Part shown: positions 37,101-46,495 of the stretch, piece by piece
How the letters are laid out: every line of letters begins with the position of its first letter
How positions within the stretch are numbered: position 1 is the first letter of the stretch
IMG/VR virus record: IMGVR_UViG_3300043395_001428
Origin: an uncultured virus (IMG/VR IMGVR_UViG_3300043395_001428)
Taxonomy: Duplodnaviria > Heunggongvirae > Uroviricota > Caudoviricetes
DNA length: 64,000 bases
Strand: one strand, 5' to 3'
The notes under the pieces: model-generated
Database searches by the model: none
Told to the model about the DNA's origin: nothing
Seen by the model: only the letters and a program-made list of their open reading frames with translations
Made by a program: the position numbers and the translations under genes

Positions 37101-39554
37101 TTCTAGTCCGCCAACTTTGCCTTTACTTGCCGCAACTTTTAATCCTTTACCAACAAGTTCCTTGAATCCACCTTTGGCAATCAGTTCTGCCACGAATCCA
37201 TCAGTAGCGGCAACTGCCATTTTCTCCGCAACGGGAGCTACGATACCTTTAGTAATAAGTCCTTTCTCAATCGTGGCTTTCAGACTTTGTACAGCGGAAA
37301 TCTTGTTCAGTGCGTTGCCACCTTTTAACATTCCCTTGAACACAAAGTAATCAGGGGCTTCAATGAGTCCACCGACAAGGGCTTTACCAAGTCGAGACCA
37401 ACCATCCAACCCTTCTTTCGTGCCTTGTTCGTATTGTTCGGTTGCCCCTTGAGCCGCGCCAAATAGAGCAGGGGCTAACGCACCGCCTGTTGCCATACCA
37501 AGTCCCGTTTGAATAATGACTTGTCCTGCAACATTACCAAACATCTTGGCGCTACTATCATTGAAATCTTTGTCTACATCAGGTGCTAATTGTTCAAGGC
37601 TTTCAGCCAACTTCCACGAATATCTCTCCTTTGCTTCTCGTTGGTCGCCACCAATTGCCTTATCTATAGCTTCTGCACCAATGGCAATAGATTTCAACGC
37701 AGACGCCGCTCCCTGAAATGGTGCTTGCATTGCACCGCCGACTGCCGCCTCACCTTGTTTCATCAGGTAAGACATTGGGGCATTTTCAAACCGCTTCTTA
37801 AATTCTTTTTGTGTTTGTACCCAATTCGACGCAGACCCGTATTGTTTCTGCATATCAGCATAGGCTTTGTTAAAGTAGTCCTTTGGCGACTGAACGTCTT
37901 TGCCTAATCCCGATGGCTGATATGATTCGGATGCAGGTTTATTGCTTGTATCGGGACGACCGCCTAAAAACCGTTGAACATCAGACCACTCTTTCTGATT
38001 CCATATTCCCAAGAATCCCCTATCCTCTTTCCACGTTTCTACGTCCTTTTTCAGCTTCTCGTAAGCCTCTACCTGTTGTTCAGGTGTGATAAGCCCTGCG
38101 TCAATATCCGCCATTCCACGAAGGCGAAATTCTTCCAAGTCGCGATCTGCTCCCGATAGAGATGTATCAATAGATTTTACGCGCTCAGTAAAATCTGCAT
38201 CTGATTTGGTCTTACGAGCTTTCAAATTAGTCGAATACTCGACTATCTGATTTTGCACAGATGCAGGGATTTTACGGACTTGGGTTACATCTGCTTTCGC
38301 CTGAGCCAATCGTTCGCTTGGGGTATCGTTGATGTCATACCAACCGTGACTGTCTAGGAATGAACGCACCGTTGCAGGGTCTACACCTGTGAGTTCAACT
38401 AATCTCGATGTGGTAGCGTTCCTGTCTTGCTCCGTCAAATCACCCTTCGACGTGTCATAACGAAAACGCACGTCTGTATCTACAAACTTCCCTTTAGCAA
38501 TCGGCTGAGTAGGCGTTTCCTGCGGTTTCTGTGCGTTCTGAGGCACTTTCTGCGTGCGGACAGGGGTTATTGCCTTTTGCTTAGTTTGTGGCGGTGTGAC
38601 GGCTTGTGTTTGATATGCTGTAGCCTGAGCCATACCTCCTGTCTGAGCCGCGTTAAACTGTTCACGAGTCAGCAACGGTTGACCTTGCGATTGCAAATAG
38701 TCATTCGCCGCTTTGAAATTGGCATCGTTAGCCTCAGTTAACGCAGGGTCAACCGTCTGTTCCATTGTCGGCTGTTCTAATCGCGTGTTCGGGGCTACTA
38801 AGGGTTCTCCCGTAATAGCCGTTTTCTGCTCATCTGTAAGAAGTGGTAGTTCAGGCTGCGATACCACAGCCGTACCGTCAGGCATCACATCCCATTGCCG
38901 TTCGTCTATTGGTGTCGTTGGCGTATTCTCAACAGGTGTGTAAACCGTTGGTTCAATCACACCTTGTTCGATTAACGGGTTGGCTTGTGGGGCAAGAGAT
39001 GGCATCCCACCATTTTTCTTGATGCGATTCAGAACTGAAGTAGTATATTCCCGAAATGTCGGTTCACTACCTTTGCCACCCCAATTAGCATCGTAATTAT
39101 GGATATTGCCTTCGCCCCCATACCACGCCGCTGACGCCATACGAATAGCCTTATCTTCATCTCCATTGGCAAGTTTTAGTGCTTTATTAATGTACTTACC
39201 CATTTCCCCTTTGAATACGGTTTCCTGAGCAGTACGGTCATTGGCAAATTCTTGAGGTGACAGAGCCTTGCCATAATATTTGCGAGTCCATTTTGGGATG
39301 TTGGCAGGAATAACTTGAAATAGACCTGTAGCAGAAGTACGAGGATTCTGTACCTTTTGGCTGCCCCCACTCTCTTGCGTCATTATACTGTCTCGCATTT
39401 TGGCGAGAATGTTATCTACGGAAGCGTTATTAGGCAATGCTTTATCTAGGAATGAAAGGTCGTTTTCAGGCAAAGCACTATCGAGAAACGACAAGTCGCT
39501 CTTAGGTGCTTGCGTTTTTGGTAATGCGCTATCTAAAAAGGACAGATCATCCAT
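31104..39554 (-). CDS. large polyvalent internal virion/ejection protein (lytic transglycosylase and ADP-ribosyltransferase-like domains)
   Basis: QESGG...SATGLFQV SLT motif near the N-terminus; ART-PolyVal-like block at about 35300-35840; 2816 aa. Confidence 0.8.
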   Translation of the reverse strand: MDDLSFLDSALPKTQAPKSDLSFLDSALPENDLSFLDKALPNNASVDNILAKMRDSIMTQESGGSQKVQNPRTSATGLFQVIPANIPKWTRKYYGKALSPQEFANDRTAQETVFKGEMGKYINKALKLANGDEDKAIRMASAAWYGGEGNIHNYDANWGGKGSEPTFREYTTSVLNRIKKNGGMPSLAPQANPLIEQGVIEPTVYTPVENTPTTPIDERQWDVMPDGTAVVSQPELPLLTDEQKTAITGEPLVAPNTRLEQPTMEQTVDPALTEANDANFKAANDYLQSQGQPLLTREQFNAAQTGGMAQATAYQTQAVTPPQTKQKAITPVRTQKVPQNAQKPQETPTQPIAKGKFVDTDVRFRYDTSKGDLTEQDRNATTSRLVELTGVDPATVRSFLDSHGWYDINDTPSERLAQAKADVTQVRKIPASVQNQIVEYSTNLKARKTKSDADFTERVKSIDTSLSGADRDLEEFRLRGMADIDAGLITPEQQVEAYEKLKKDVETWKEDRGFLGIWNQKEWSDVQRFLGGRPDTSNKPASESYQPSGLGKDVQSPKDYFNKAYADMQKQYGSASNWVQTQKEFKKRFENAPMSYLMKQGEAAVGGAMQAPFQGAASALKSIAIGAEAIDKAIGGDQREAKERYSWKLAESLEQLAPDVDKDFNDSSAKMFGNVAGQVIIQTGLGMATGGALAPALFGAAQGATEQYEQGTKEGLDGWSRLGKALVGGLIEAPDYFVFKGMLKGGNALNKISAVQSLKATIEKGLITKGIVAPVAEKMAVAATDGFVAELIAKGGFKELVGKGLKVAASKGKVGGLEALQEGTTRPLNDLWAYISYDPSPERWDKATSLQKSDFVEGVAGFFGGIVGASMADIHARMERLSPEAQEQVIQQTGAMKDVLPPQTLADIQKAFQSAPKRTETLSPLVEEPKAEPEKKKVTPKQAPVEKEEIPAILTELEPSEKVEGVGFRRKKPVDIPVEKATEEPTVTEPIVDTKAEPTPVAKKLDAVKELNKQKREALAEIEDEAKSLEAQGQVAEAKKLRDDITAEYNAKILEAKKKPVVSQEPPKSTPRQAPPIAPTENKIRSTQSDGSDLKEGDRVQRVVEYGGNKITRTGRVEKTKSGLRVIEAGTEASHPLQGWSKGSAPMAMALNASGESSASLEAINRQASEKAQQLRRVVVDTRSGKEYPLIGVDAVDRQARDYESIEFRGGNRNGEVISQGAKVSRAYSPPMAMAVGSKQTDTPEFKKFFGESKVVDKRGKPQRVYRGDASDIGAILQSRAEGIFFTDKPRLADQYTQRSGPWLTSRPQGVITPAYLSMQNPLIIDAQGTRHDNIPVPWEQWQPKTWGNLPKNAVSIQKAFDYAKEHGYDGLIVKNVLDTVYHNDRTKSTVYAVMRSEQVKSAIGNRGTFDPNDPNILRRVPTKPTPQMEDVVNYDTGELATKAKYSTEGSLVTLNNLEAYGLANQAIQAITGKTSHFYGMTLNPSNVAKFREMASEFVKDAGLSPKERTAFNKFVKAIDKAAKTNPKETVRIVLLPDAIAEESAHEARMQTMASEAVEASQSQAWIDRTNARPLMEVTQLAKRYPDPTIRAMELVDKLIAKNYDDLGIDPDEHADEILDIIADWADDFIATNGEIDWSYYEKLNEINAALTQRISEEKGGNTKDTGKQDAQRDEAKETRSDVGAETKSKPAVKLTSREPGKSGLEFDEAKAEQAKADGQKVAAISKLTGIEDYYTPQGRAETEANVDAILGEMTFDQAMTQAMTATPSPEASRVLAREAERLVGVAEAYRQQGKGAEHMATLRRVGELIGALKIRQIGAGREVEIQKMLRPLTPEAAVVTAEYLYQMAFDKPLTETQRETVYELAKENQRLLGELATAEMKLAEAERTIADIDNNIPEKKPFNHQEALLNKYKKRKPIILAELQQRFPDSPVFNVSPPMLMAVGNKNADADIVIDPKTAKLLKEYAIGQILTDKSYETVIRELKDISGASDEQVKDIHATAADEVRGAKEPQSAEAKKRIQIRKEHYTEADKRSGKLDAKAIASARKSLAELQRKIDEQDLATVRKQPVNSTELKALREKQKTLRKELNNLRKANMQTAKGLSRYGQKALNKNPEDIELAIAVDLLSNDKPKSLDSVILELQHTYGFSPPEAKNIAQDAKVLIKELKAEDARARDKAEGISAEQREILDNKRVEQLQAANRLNRFLNKAPENPGLIKRFNDDFRIKLVANWGTQIFNAVQVGTVATPAQILLDIFEIGLRKAGVNIGEETDVRVRDLLLPYNYMLSANRQIAEQALANFPDLYFEVHKGLLGDIPIEPLKLADTKTGLSKVAHQWFDANAKYNEFATKYSGAKMFEMHFRNSVIAAAFDQAIKKQTNGQQTLESVMKAGKLRDYITESIAKRAAKRAMDVTFASEIDDPAGKALKHIYDKLDHYLPVLLNPVTYARFMYSTSKQAVINPLLFGALDSAKLGGEGYSTRSIAKGMLAYSTMIMAGAVLSAIGGDDDKWYTLYPLGKNGPIIDIRRSYPLAAYFYLAHNALQIANDKPIDTDVLGGLLSLETEYYQHGAPMEFLGTVKDFVSQKKGIGDVGESTARLLGGYISGITRAAKPLRDLWAQVDADERAYREDPEGAKDKFLNELSRSIPGVIRLSGQKKQTDLDGKVLEQPFPIGRILGVNVVHPDFTRDAGTRATQWANRLWQKEYEKMTPDEKRAFTLRNQLKKAVRAGQMDFGSASRRIDKYVSEGRLTKESASRLKSELKLSPLEAKVKYEFGDNAKDIKILTDVWKRATDEEKGDIRKILRNKDNVSDATRKLFK

Positions 39555-41038
39555 TATTTAATTAAACCCTTCTTTCGGGCATTTGCGATGGCAGTTTGTA
39601 GTTCCGCCCCTTTTAATCCTTTAACTGTGCTGAAGTATTGGGTGGCTTCTGCGACAGACGTGGTTCGCGGTGTATTAGAATTTCCGCCCATATTTATTTT
39701 GGTGTGTTTTACCAACACGGGTTTCTGAGGCATCGGAATAGCATCAATGGCATTTTTCATATCTATATCATTTTTCGCGGCTGTTTCCATTGCTTTATTC
39801 AAACTATCCAATGTTTTCATATATTTCTGATATGCCGTTACTGCGGCGTCTACGTCACCGCTGTTATTTGCTTTATCGTATTCAGCCTCGTCTTTAGCTA
39901 ATTGTGATGAATACATTTGTACATTTTTCGGCACATCCTTCCCTAATGCAGTTAAAGCTGCTTGACGTTTCAATAAAAATTCCGTGGTTGCTTGATGATG
40001 GTCGTTAATGGCTTTGGCATTTGTCTTATTGACTTCTATTTCATTATTAGCATCTGCAATTGCTATTTGCCGATTAGCCGTAATGCCTGCCACACGCTCG
40101 TTACTATCATTTTTCACGGCGTCTGCGCTTGTGATATATCCCTGACCACCGCCCGATAACGGCACAGATACAGTAGTCTTAGGTAAGTCAACTGGAACAG
40201 ACGTATTCTCCACATAATTAGGTCTATCTTCAGGACGAATATACTGTTTACCGCCCCGTTCTTCCGTAATGTATTTGCCCCAATACGCAGGGGAATAAGA
40301 TGCTCCATATTTAGCGTTTAGCCTTTGTGCTTGTTCAGGAGTTACACGATTACTTTGTTTGATTATCAATACGTCAGGGTCATTGTTGAATGCGTCTTGT
40401 AATCCTTTATTCACTTTCAGACGATATTCAAGTTGACCCATTGCTTGGTCTTGAGCAGCTTTGAGTTGTTCATTTTCCTGTTTCTGCATTGCCAAGAGCG
40501 GATTCAACTTCCCTTGTGCTTGCTGTACAGCGTAATCGTGCTTCAACCTACCCCAACCTACTATCGGGGCACGATTGCCGTTGAAAAACGCATCTGCCCC
40601 TTGTATGAGTTTTGCACCGAAGTCTTTCCACCACGATTGCGGTTGAATAGGGGCATTGACAGCCGACCGTAGCTTCTGTTCGCCTGTGGCGATGTCCTCT
40701 TGCAATGACGGTTTACGATTTCTGTCTACCTGTGGTGACACTTGACTCCAATCAACCGTTGATTCATCTTGCGTAGGCAACGGAATAGTAGGACGCCTTT
40801 GTACTTCCATTCCCATATTGGGCACGGTCGTTGTGATATTGTCAGCATTCGCAGGTTCGTCCGCAATGCCCTCTCGTGTGGCAATCGCCTGCTCAGCAGG
40901 TTGCGTAGCACTTTGCACACCTTGAGCCACTTCTTCTATCGCTTGTTCAGACGGCAACGGCATACCGATAGGCTTCTGATGCGGCTTACGCTTCACTTCT
41001 TCCGATAAAGTGCTAAGTAGTTTTGAAAAGTCTAGCAT
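39554..41038 (-). CDS. putative DNA ejection/internal virion protein
   Basis: Q/A-rich and helical; coupled to the giant gene. Confidence 0.6.
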   Translation of the reverse strand: MLDFSKLLSTLSEEVKRKPHQKPIGMPLPSEQAIEEVAQGVQSATQPAEQAIATREGIADEPANADNITTTVPNMGMEVQRRPTIPLPTQDESTVDWSQVSPQVDRNRKPSLQEDIATGEQKLRSAVNAPIQPQSWWKDFGAKLIQGADAFFNGNRAPIVGWGRLKHDYAVQQAQGKLNPLLAMQKQENEQLKAAQDQAMGQLEYRLKVNKGLQDAFNNDPDVLIIKQSNRVTPEQAQRLNAKYGASYSPAYWGKYITEERGGKQYIRPEDRPNYVENTSVPVDLPKTTVSVPLSGGGQGYITSADAVKNDSNERVAGITANRQIAIADANNEIEVNKTNAKAINDHHQATTEFLLKRQAALTALGKDVPKNVQMYSSQLAKDEAEYDKANNSGDVDAAVTAYQKYMKTLDSLNKAMETAAKNDIDMKNAIDAIPMPQKPVLVKHTKINMGGNSNTPRTTSVAEATQYFSTVKGLKGAELQTAIANARKKGLIK

Positions 41039-44000
41039 TACGTTATCGCCCCTTTAATCACACAGAATTGTACTACAGGACTCTCTGACAAGTTACCCGC
41101 GGTTCTATTCGTAATATTTATAGTCGCCGTTCCTGACCCGCATTGAGCATTGAAATCATACGCCCCGATAGTACCACCTGAAACGTGATTGAACACCACC
41201 ACGTCCGTCGCCGCTATCGTGGTATTAGTCCACGTTGCACTGTTCGTTTCACCTGCGTCTAATTGGTCTGCCGCAAAGGTTATCTGTCCTGTTGTTTTAC
41301 TTAACGTAAACGCAGTAACTTTCGATGTAGCCTGCGTAACTGTTCCGCCTGCCCCCGTAGCATAGCCGACACCTGCCGTACCTGACGATGTTATCAACCC
41401 CGTCACGGCAAGACTCGTTCCTGTTGCCACGCCTATCGTCGGTGTCGTTAGAGCAGGACTGGTGAATGAGCCGGTCGTTACTGTCGGATTCGTTATTGTT
41501 GGACTTGTCAGCGTCTTATTGGTCAGCGTTGATGTAGAACCTAACGTAGGCACAGACGCAGAGTTTGTCCCCGGCGTAGTAATCCTTAACTCACCCGTCC
41601 CCATCGTTAGAATGCCTGATGAATGGGTCACTACTACATTACCGTTGGCATAGTTCAATAGTGCGCCTGTGGCAAGGAATAGGTCGCTAAAATTGTGAGT
41701 GGCATCTCCAAGTGCAGATGCGTCATTTGCAGAGGGCTGAATCTCACCTGTGACTATCATTCCATTAGGAAAGGTCACATATCCTGCCCCTTCTGCCGCG
41801 TTCGACCCACTGACACTAAAGAAGATGTTCCCTGCTGTCCCGTATCTTAGGTCATATCGTCCCGTAGATGTGTTGTAGCCCCACTTAATAGCGGCGTATG
41901 CACAATTATCTGTTGTCCCGCCTAGCCCTGTATTGAAAGTCTCGCTACCTACGCCCATCTCAAATAGCCCATAAGCAACGTCTATCGACCCTACGTTGGT
42001 GCGAATGCCTTGCGTATTCTGATTGCCAAGATAAGTCCCTGTCGGACGGTGAAATGACAAACTTTGAGTAGACCGGGTATAGCCAAAAGAGTTGCTGAGA
42101 TTGGGCTGATAATTTGTGCCGAATCCCGTACCCCAAGTGCCGCCCCAAATGTTAATGGCACTTGCTAAATAAGGTGGAGGTTGTGAACTTTCCGCATAAC
42201 ATCCCATTAACACTGAATTGGAGATATTTGATGCGCACTTGAACGGCCCTGCAGTATTATTTGAGGCGTGAAACGTGTAGTTATTGCCCGACGAAGCTGA
42301 CTCATAAATGCCCCATCCGCGACATTCTTGAGCATCTACCTGCATAAATTCTATTTGGTTGGTATTTCCGCCTACTACGCAAAATCCAGTTCCCGATACA
42401 AACTGAGCATACACGCCAAAAAAAGTGGACAAGTTAAGATTGGGCGTTGTATTGATCGCAGGTGACGGATAACGTACAGATTGCAAGTGATGTCCATTGC
42501 CGTTGAATCCAACTACTGTGACGCCTTCTACCTTGCAAAACGCTCTGTAGTCTATGCCGTGATACACGTTGATACGAGCATCCTGAGCCGACAAAGCGTT
42601 TACTCCCGCAACCGTGGCGTAAAATGCAAAACCTGACGCAACTGAACTATTTACCGTAACGGTAGAAGTGGTTTGAGCAGTAATGGTGCGCGTTACACTA
42701 TCTCCTGTGAGTTGTTGATAAATAGTGATTGTCTGTCCCACCCAATCATTAGCATCAGGCAATCGTCCTGACGGAGAAAGGGTCAACGTGGTCGTTCCAT
42801 TGGACGTACAACTAAAGCGCGGCACTTGGATAGGAACAGTCGTTGTTGGCGACGTACCAATGGTGTCATCCACTACATACGGAAAGTTATTCAAGGTGAT
42901 GGTAGAACCGGGAGCAAGATTCGTGGTCGAACCATTATTCGATCCATACAAAGATACGGAAGCAATAGTTCCGCCTGTCAATGTAAAGGTCAGCCCTGTT
43001 GCATCTAACACGGTGTTATCCACTACCGCGCCTGACGTAGCTTCTATTACAAATGACCGTAGATGAGTGCCGATAGCATTCACATTGGTAGTAGCCGTGC
43101 CTGTTTTAGTCCCCGCTCCATATACAATGAGTCCAGTCTTATTTGCAGGAACAAGAATACGCGGAACGCTATATGCCGAGTATCCGCCTGTACCACCAAA
43201 ATATGTACATCGTTCGATCTCTACGGTGTCACTACAATAATAGGTAGCCCCATCTGCTAACCATACGGTTGTGCCTTTAGAACTGCCTGTGAATGTACCG
43301 CCCTGAGTTTGAGTATAAACAGCATTGATGCAATCAAAAGCTACGAGGTCATCAGTGACACCATCGCCTTTTGCTCCCCACCACTCAGGTCTAAGAGGAG
43401 GAACATTATCACTCGTCCACGTCACGTTCCCTGCACTAAATCCTGAAAATACCTGACATTGCGGGTCACCCGTGATACCGAATCCGTCAAAGGTCAAAGT
43501 GCCTGAACCTGACTTGACGAACATCGCACCATTCACAGGTTGAAAGTTCAATGTAGAAGGTACTGTGACAGCGGTAGAAATGGTCGTATTTTCTGTGACC
43601 AATAAAGTAGTCGGGGTCGCTCCTATTGCTACAATCGCCTGAGCTACTGTTCCGTAATATCCAAGAGTGAGCATTACGCGAGGGTCGTTCTCACCTAGCG
43701 CAATAGGTAGACTTGCTAGGTCAGGGTCAACGGATAGTTCGCTTTTGCCAATGACCGTAGCTGATGCGAACGGGGTAGTGCCGTCACCGACTAAGTTATT
43801 CACATACTCTTTGGTTTGAGGTACGTTCCAAAACGGCCCCGGCCATTGTGGGGGAATACTCGCCACACCTTGATTGGATAGAGTCAGTTGTTCCCACGTT
43901 CCTGAAATGTAGTCTGTGTTCTCACTAACAGTCGGAACAGGTAGCGCGCCTGCATCTTCTTCCCACGTATCATCCCACGGGTTATCAGTCTGACTCAGAC

Positions 44001-44532
44001 TGTCGTACATCGTTGTACCTGCCGAGTTGGTAACTATCCACCGTGACCCATTATTCTTAACGACAAACAATGTTGTACTTGCCGACTGCCCTTGCAGATT
44101 ATAATAGCTATACCCACCCGTCTGTCCGCGATAAGTATAGAGTCCATTGATAGCCGCTGTTCCTGCACTTGCAATTTCAACACTCGATTGAGTAGAACTA
44201 GCAAGATACTCAGGGTCAACAAAGAAGTTTTGCAGTAATGGATAAACAAACCGATTGGAAGCAGTTGCTAAAGTCGCTGTGTAAACTGCATTGGCTACAG
44301 TCGAATCAGTAGTAGTAGCAAGAACAACTTCAGGTATGGTCAGTGTCGTTCCCGACACCGTACACGTTATCTTTTGGTAAAACGTGTCAAGGCTATTTAC
44401 TTGCCCCTGAGCGATGTACTCACCTGTTACGGCTTCATAAAACGCTTGACTTGACCAAATGTACAAATACGCAGTCGAACCGCCATATTGCCAATCGCCA
44501 ATGGTCTGTGTTTGTAGTGTTAAATATGCCAT
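41038..44532 (-). CDS. tail spike/fibre with pectate-lyase-like beta-helix
   Basis: PEWWGAKGDGVTDD motif; TLTNKTLTSP fibre motif. Confidence 0.8.
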   Translation of the reverse strand: MAYLTLQTQTIGDWQYGGSTAYLYIWSSQAFYEAVTGEYIAQGQVNSLDTFYQKITCTVSGTTLTIPEVVLATTTDSTVANAVYTATLATASNRFVYPLLQNFFVDPEYLASSTQSSVEIASAGTAAINGLYTYRGQTGGYSYYNLQGQSASTTLFVVKNNGSRWIVTNSAGTTMYDSLSQTDNPWDDTWEEDAGALPVPTVSENTDYISGTWEQLTLSNQGVASIPPQWPGPFWNVPQTKEYVNNLVGDGTTPFASATVIGKSELSVDPDLASLPIALGENDPRVMLTLGYYGTVAQAIVAIGATPTTLLVTENTTISTAVTVPSTLNFQPVNGAMFVKSGSGTLTFDGFGITGDPQCQVFSGFSAGNVTWTSDNVPPLRPEWWGAKGDGVTDDLVAFDCINAVYTQTQGGTFTGSSKGTTVWLADGATYYCSDTVEIERCTYFGGTGGYSAYSVPRILVPANKTGLIVYGAGTKTGTATTNVNAIGTHLRSFVIEATSGAVVDNTVLDATGLTFTLTGGTIASVSLYGSNNGSTTNLAPGSTITLNNFPYVVDDTIGTSPTTTVPIQVPRFSCTSNGTTTLTLSPSGRLPDANDWVGQTITIYQQLTGDSVTRTITAQTTSTVTVNSSVASGFAFYATVAGVNALSAQDARINVYHGIDYRAFCKVEGVTVVGFNGNGHHLQSVRYPSPAINTTPNLNLSTFFGVYAQFVSGTGFCVVGGNTNQIEFMQVDAQECRGWGIYESASSGNNYTFHASNNTAGPFKCASNISNSVLMGCYAESSQPPPYLASAINIWGGTWGTGFGTNYQPNLSNSFGYTRSTQSLSFHRPTGTYLGNQNTQGIRTNVGSIDVAYGLFEMGVGSETFNTGLGGTTDNCAYAAIKWGYNTSTGRYDLRYGTAGNIFFSVSGSNAAEGAGYVTFPNGMIVTGEIQPSANDASALGDATHNFSDLFLATGALLNYANGNVVVTHSSGILTMGTGELRITTPGTNSASVPTLGSTSTLTNKTLTSPTITNPTVTTGSFTSPALTTPTIGVATGTSLAVTGLITSSGTAGVGYATGAGGTVTQATSKVTAFTLSKTTGQITFAADQLDAGETNSATWTNTTIAATDVVVFNHVSGGTIGAYDFNAQCGSGTATINITNRTAGNLSESPVVQFCVIKGAIT

Positions 44533-44533
44533 A

Positions 44534-46477
44534 TTAACTCACTGACGGCGGTGCGCCGAAAAATGTAACCCCTGTCAAAACTTGTTCATCTGTGTCGCTC
44601 CACGCCGAGTCACCTGCCGCGTTTGACGCCTTTACTGCATATATGTAGGACAGCCCAACCGTCAGTCCCGTATCTATATAGGACGTGGTGTCAGCGGCTA
44701 AGGGAATATCCGTTGTCACACCTCCGACTATCCTTCTCAGCGTAACGCTCGTTTCCGTCCCGCTACCTAGTGTCCAAGATACACTAAAACTTCCTGTTGT
44801 GGAATTACTTTGTTTTATTGCTACCGTAAGTCCCGTAGGTGTGCCGGGAGCGGATACATCAGCGTCACCGGGGACCACGACAAACACCCCGAATAAAGGT
44901 ACAGTCGTGGCAGGCGTGTATCCTAGTCCCGTAGGCTCGGCTACGTCAGTGGCCGCACCATTTAGAGGTAACGAAATGGTAGTAGACCCCGCATCATATA
45001 CACCCGTAGCAACATCATCCCCAAAGAAGTCAAACGCATTTTTGATCGTGTACGCTTGATTGTCCGTCAGCCCGGTTGTCGCGAGGTTGACGTTAATTGA
45101 GGTCGGTTCGCTTATACCGTAGACGATGATATTTGCCTTGCCTATTTCATAGATATTCGGTCGCACTACTACCGTGTCAGGCATTGCCGAACCTGTCCGA
45201 GTGCTATTAGCATCAAATCCTGTCAGCGAACGCCAGTTTTCCCACGTACTTGCTACACCTGCTCCCCTGACCGTATATCGTTCCTGTGTAGTCGAGTTGT
45301 AATAATAGTTATTGTCCCAATCGTAGGCGTCCTCGCCTGATATTACATATCGGTCATATCCGCTCCAAGTCCAAAATCTGTTACCCGAAAACTCAAGGTC
45401 GTTGATCGTACCAGCCTCGAACATCGCGTTGCCGCCGAGAAAATAATTATCACGAAATGTACCGACATCAATTCCTGAACCATACCCAAATATCACCGAG
45501 TAACTTGTAGTTCCCGGTTCGTGATAAAAATGCGAATCCTGCACGTTCGCGGTCGGGCTTTGCTGTACATTCGTACCATAAACGAGATTATAATTATGCT
45601 CGCCCATTGGCGAACCCGCATTCGCCATTACAGCGCCCTGTATATCTCCGCCGACATATGGCCCTGTCTGTCCAAATGCCTGCATATTAAGGGCAAAGGA
45701 ATTAAGCACTATCGTCTCGTATAATCTCGAATATCCCGATGCGTTCTCAAGATAGATACCGTGTCCGCGTCCATATCCGCCTTGTTCATCACCGTTGTTG
45801 AATACTAGCAGACCGTACAATAATGTGTTGTTTGTTGCCGAGCCTGTGAATATGCCAAGACCGTTATCGTGAACGATCATATTGATGAAACTGTTCCCAC
45901 CTCCCGTTACGAATAGCCCCGTGCCTCTTGCGTAAAACGCCGATACGTTGGCATCCCGTTCCGTATGACTGTTCTTTATCTCAAAGTCTCGATAAATGGT
46001 GTTAGTCCCAGTGACCCAAAGCTGCGGCCCTGCCTGAATGACAGGTGAACCATTGGCGTGTGCTTCTGCCCCCGGCGAATTTGAACCCGTTGCACCGCGA
46101 TATAGATGCGTGATGTCATTTCCCGATTTTTGACCGAATACCATTATCTCGCCGTCAATGGCGATCTCACCCGTTCCGCCAGTCGGCAAGAGCTTACTGC
46201 TGTCCGCAACAGTAATGGTCGTCTGTGTTGAATTGATAGCCCCTACGAGTGTAGTACCGATATATCCGTCGATGACCGCCCACTCACCGGGATACGAACG
46301 CACCGTTCCGCCGTTCAGTGAAGAAACGAACTTGGCATAATACGTCCCGCCACGCAAGTAAAGTGTGTCGCTTGCTGTTTGTGAGGCATTTGTGAAAGCC
46401 GTCTGCAAATCGAAAGGATCGCCGATTGTTCCGGCTCCTGTAGGACTTCCATCGGGTGCGGCGTAATAAAATGTCAT
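44534..46477 (-). CDS. virion beta-helix protein with C-terminal fibronectin type III domain
   Basis: YAAPDG...GT..DPF...LRGGTY, HGIY; APGTPTGL...Y.Y.VKASNAAG. Confidence 0.75.
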   Translation of the reverse strand: MTFYYAAPDGSPTGAGTIGDPFDLQTAFTNASQTASDTLYLRGGTYYAKFVSSLNGGTVRSYPGEWAVIDGYIGTTLVGAINSTQTTITVADSSKLLPTGGTGEIAIDGEIMVFGQKSGNDITHLYRGATGSNSPGAEAHANGSPVIQAGPQLWVTGTNTIYRDFEIKNSHTERDANVSAFYARGTGLFVTGGGNSFINMIVHDNGLGIFTGSATNNTLLYGLLVFNNGDEQGGYGRGHGIYLENASGYSRLYETIVLNSFALNMQAFGQTGPYVGGDIQGAVMANAGSPMGEHNYNLVYGTNVQQSPTANVQDSHFYHEPGTTSYSVIFGYGSGIDVGTFRDNYFLGGNAMFEAGTINDLEFSGNRFWTWSGYDRYVISGEDAYDWDNNYYYNSTTQERYTVRGAGVASTWENWRSLTGFDANSTRTGSAMPDTVVVRPNIYEIGKANIIVYGISEPTSINVNLATTGLTDNQAYTIKNAFDFFGDDVATGVYDAGSTTISLPLNGAATDVAEPTGLGYTPATTVPLFGVFVVVPGDADVSAPGTPTGLTVAIKQSNSTTGSFSVSWTLGSGTETSVTLRRIVGGVTTDIPLAADTTSYIDTGLTVGLSYIYAVKASNAAGDSAWSDTDEQVLTGVTFFGAPPSVS

Positions 46478-46495
46478 CAGATTATCAGAAGAAGA

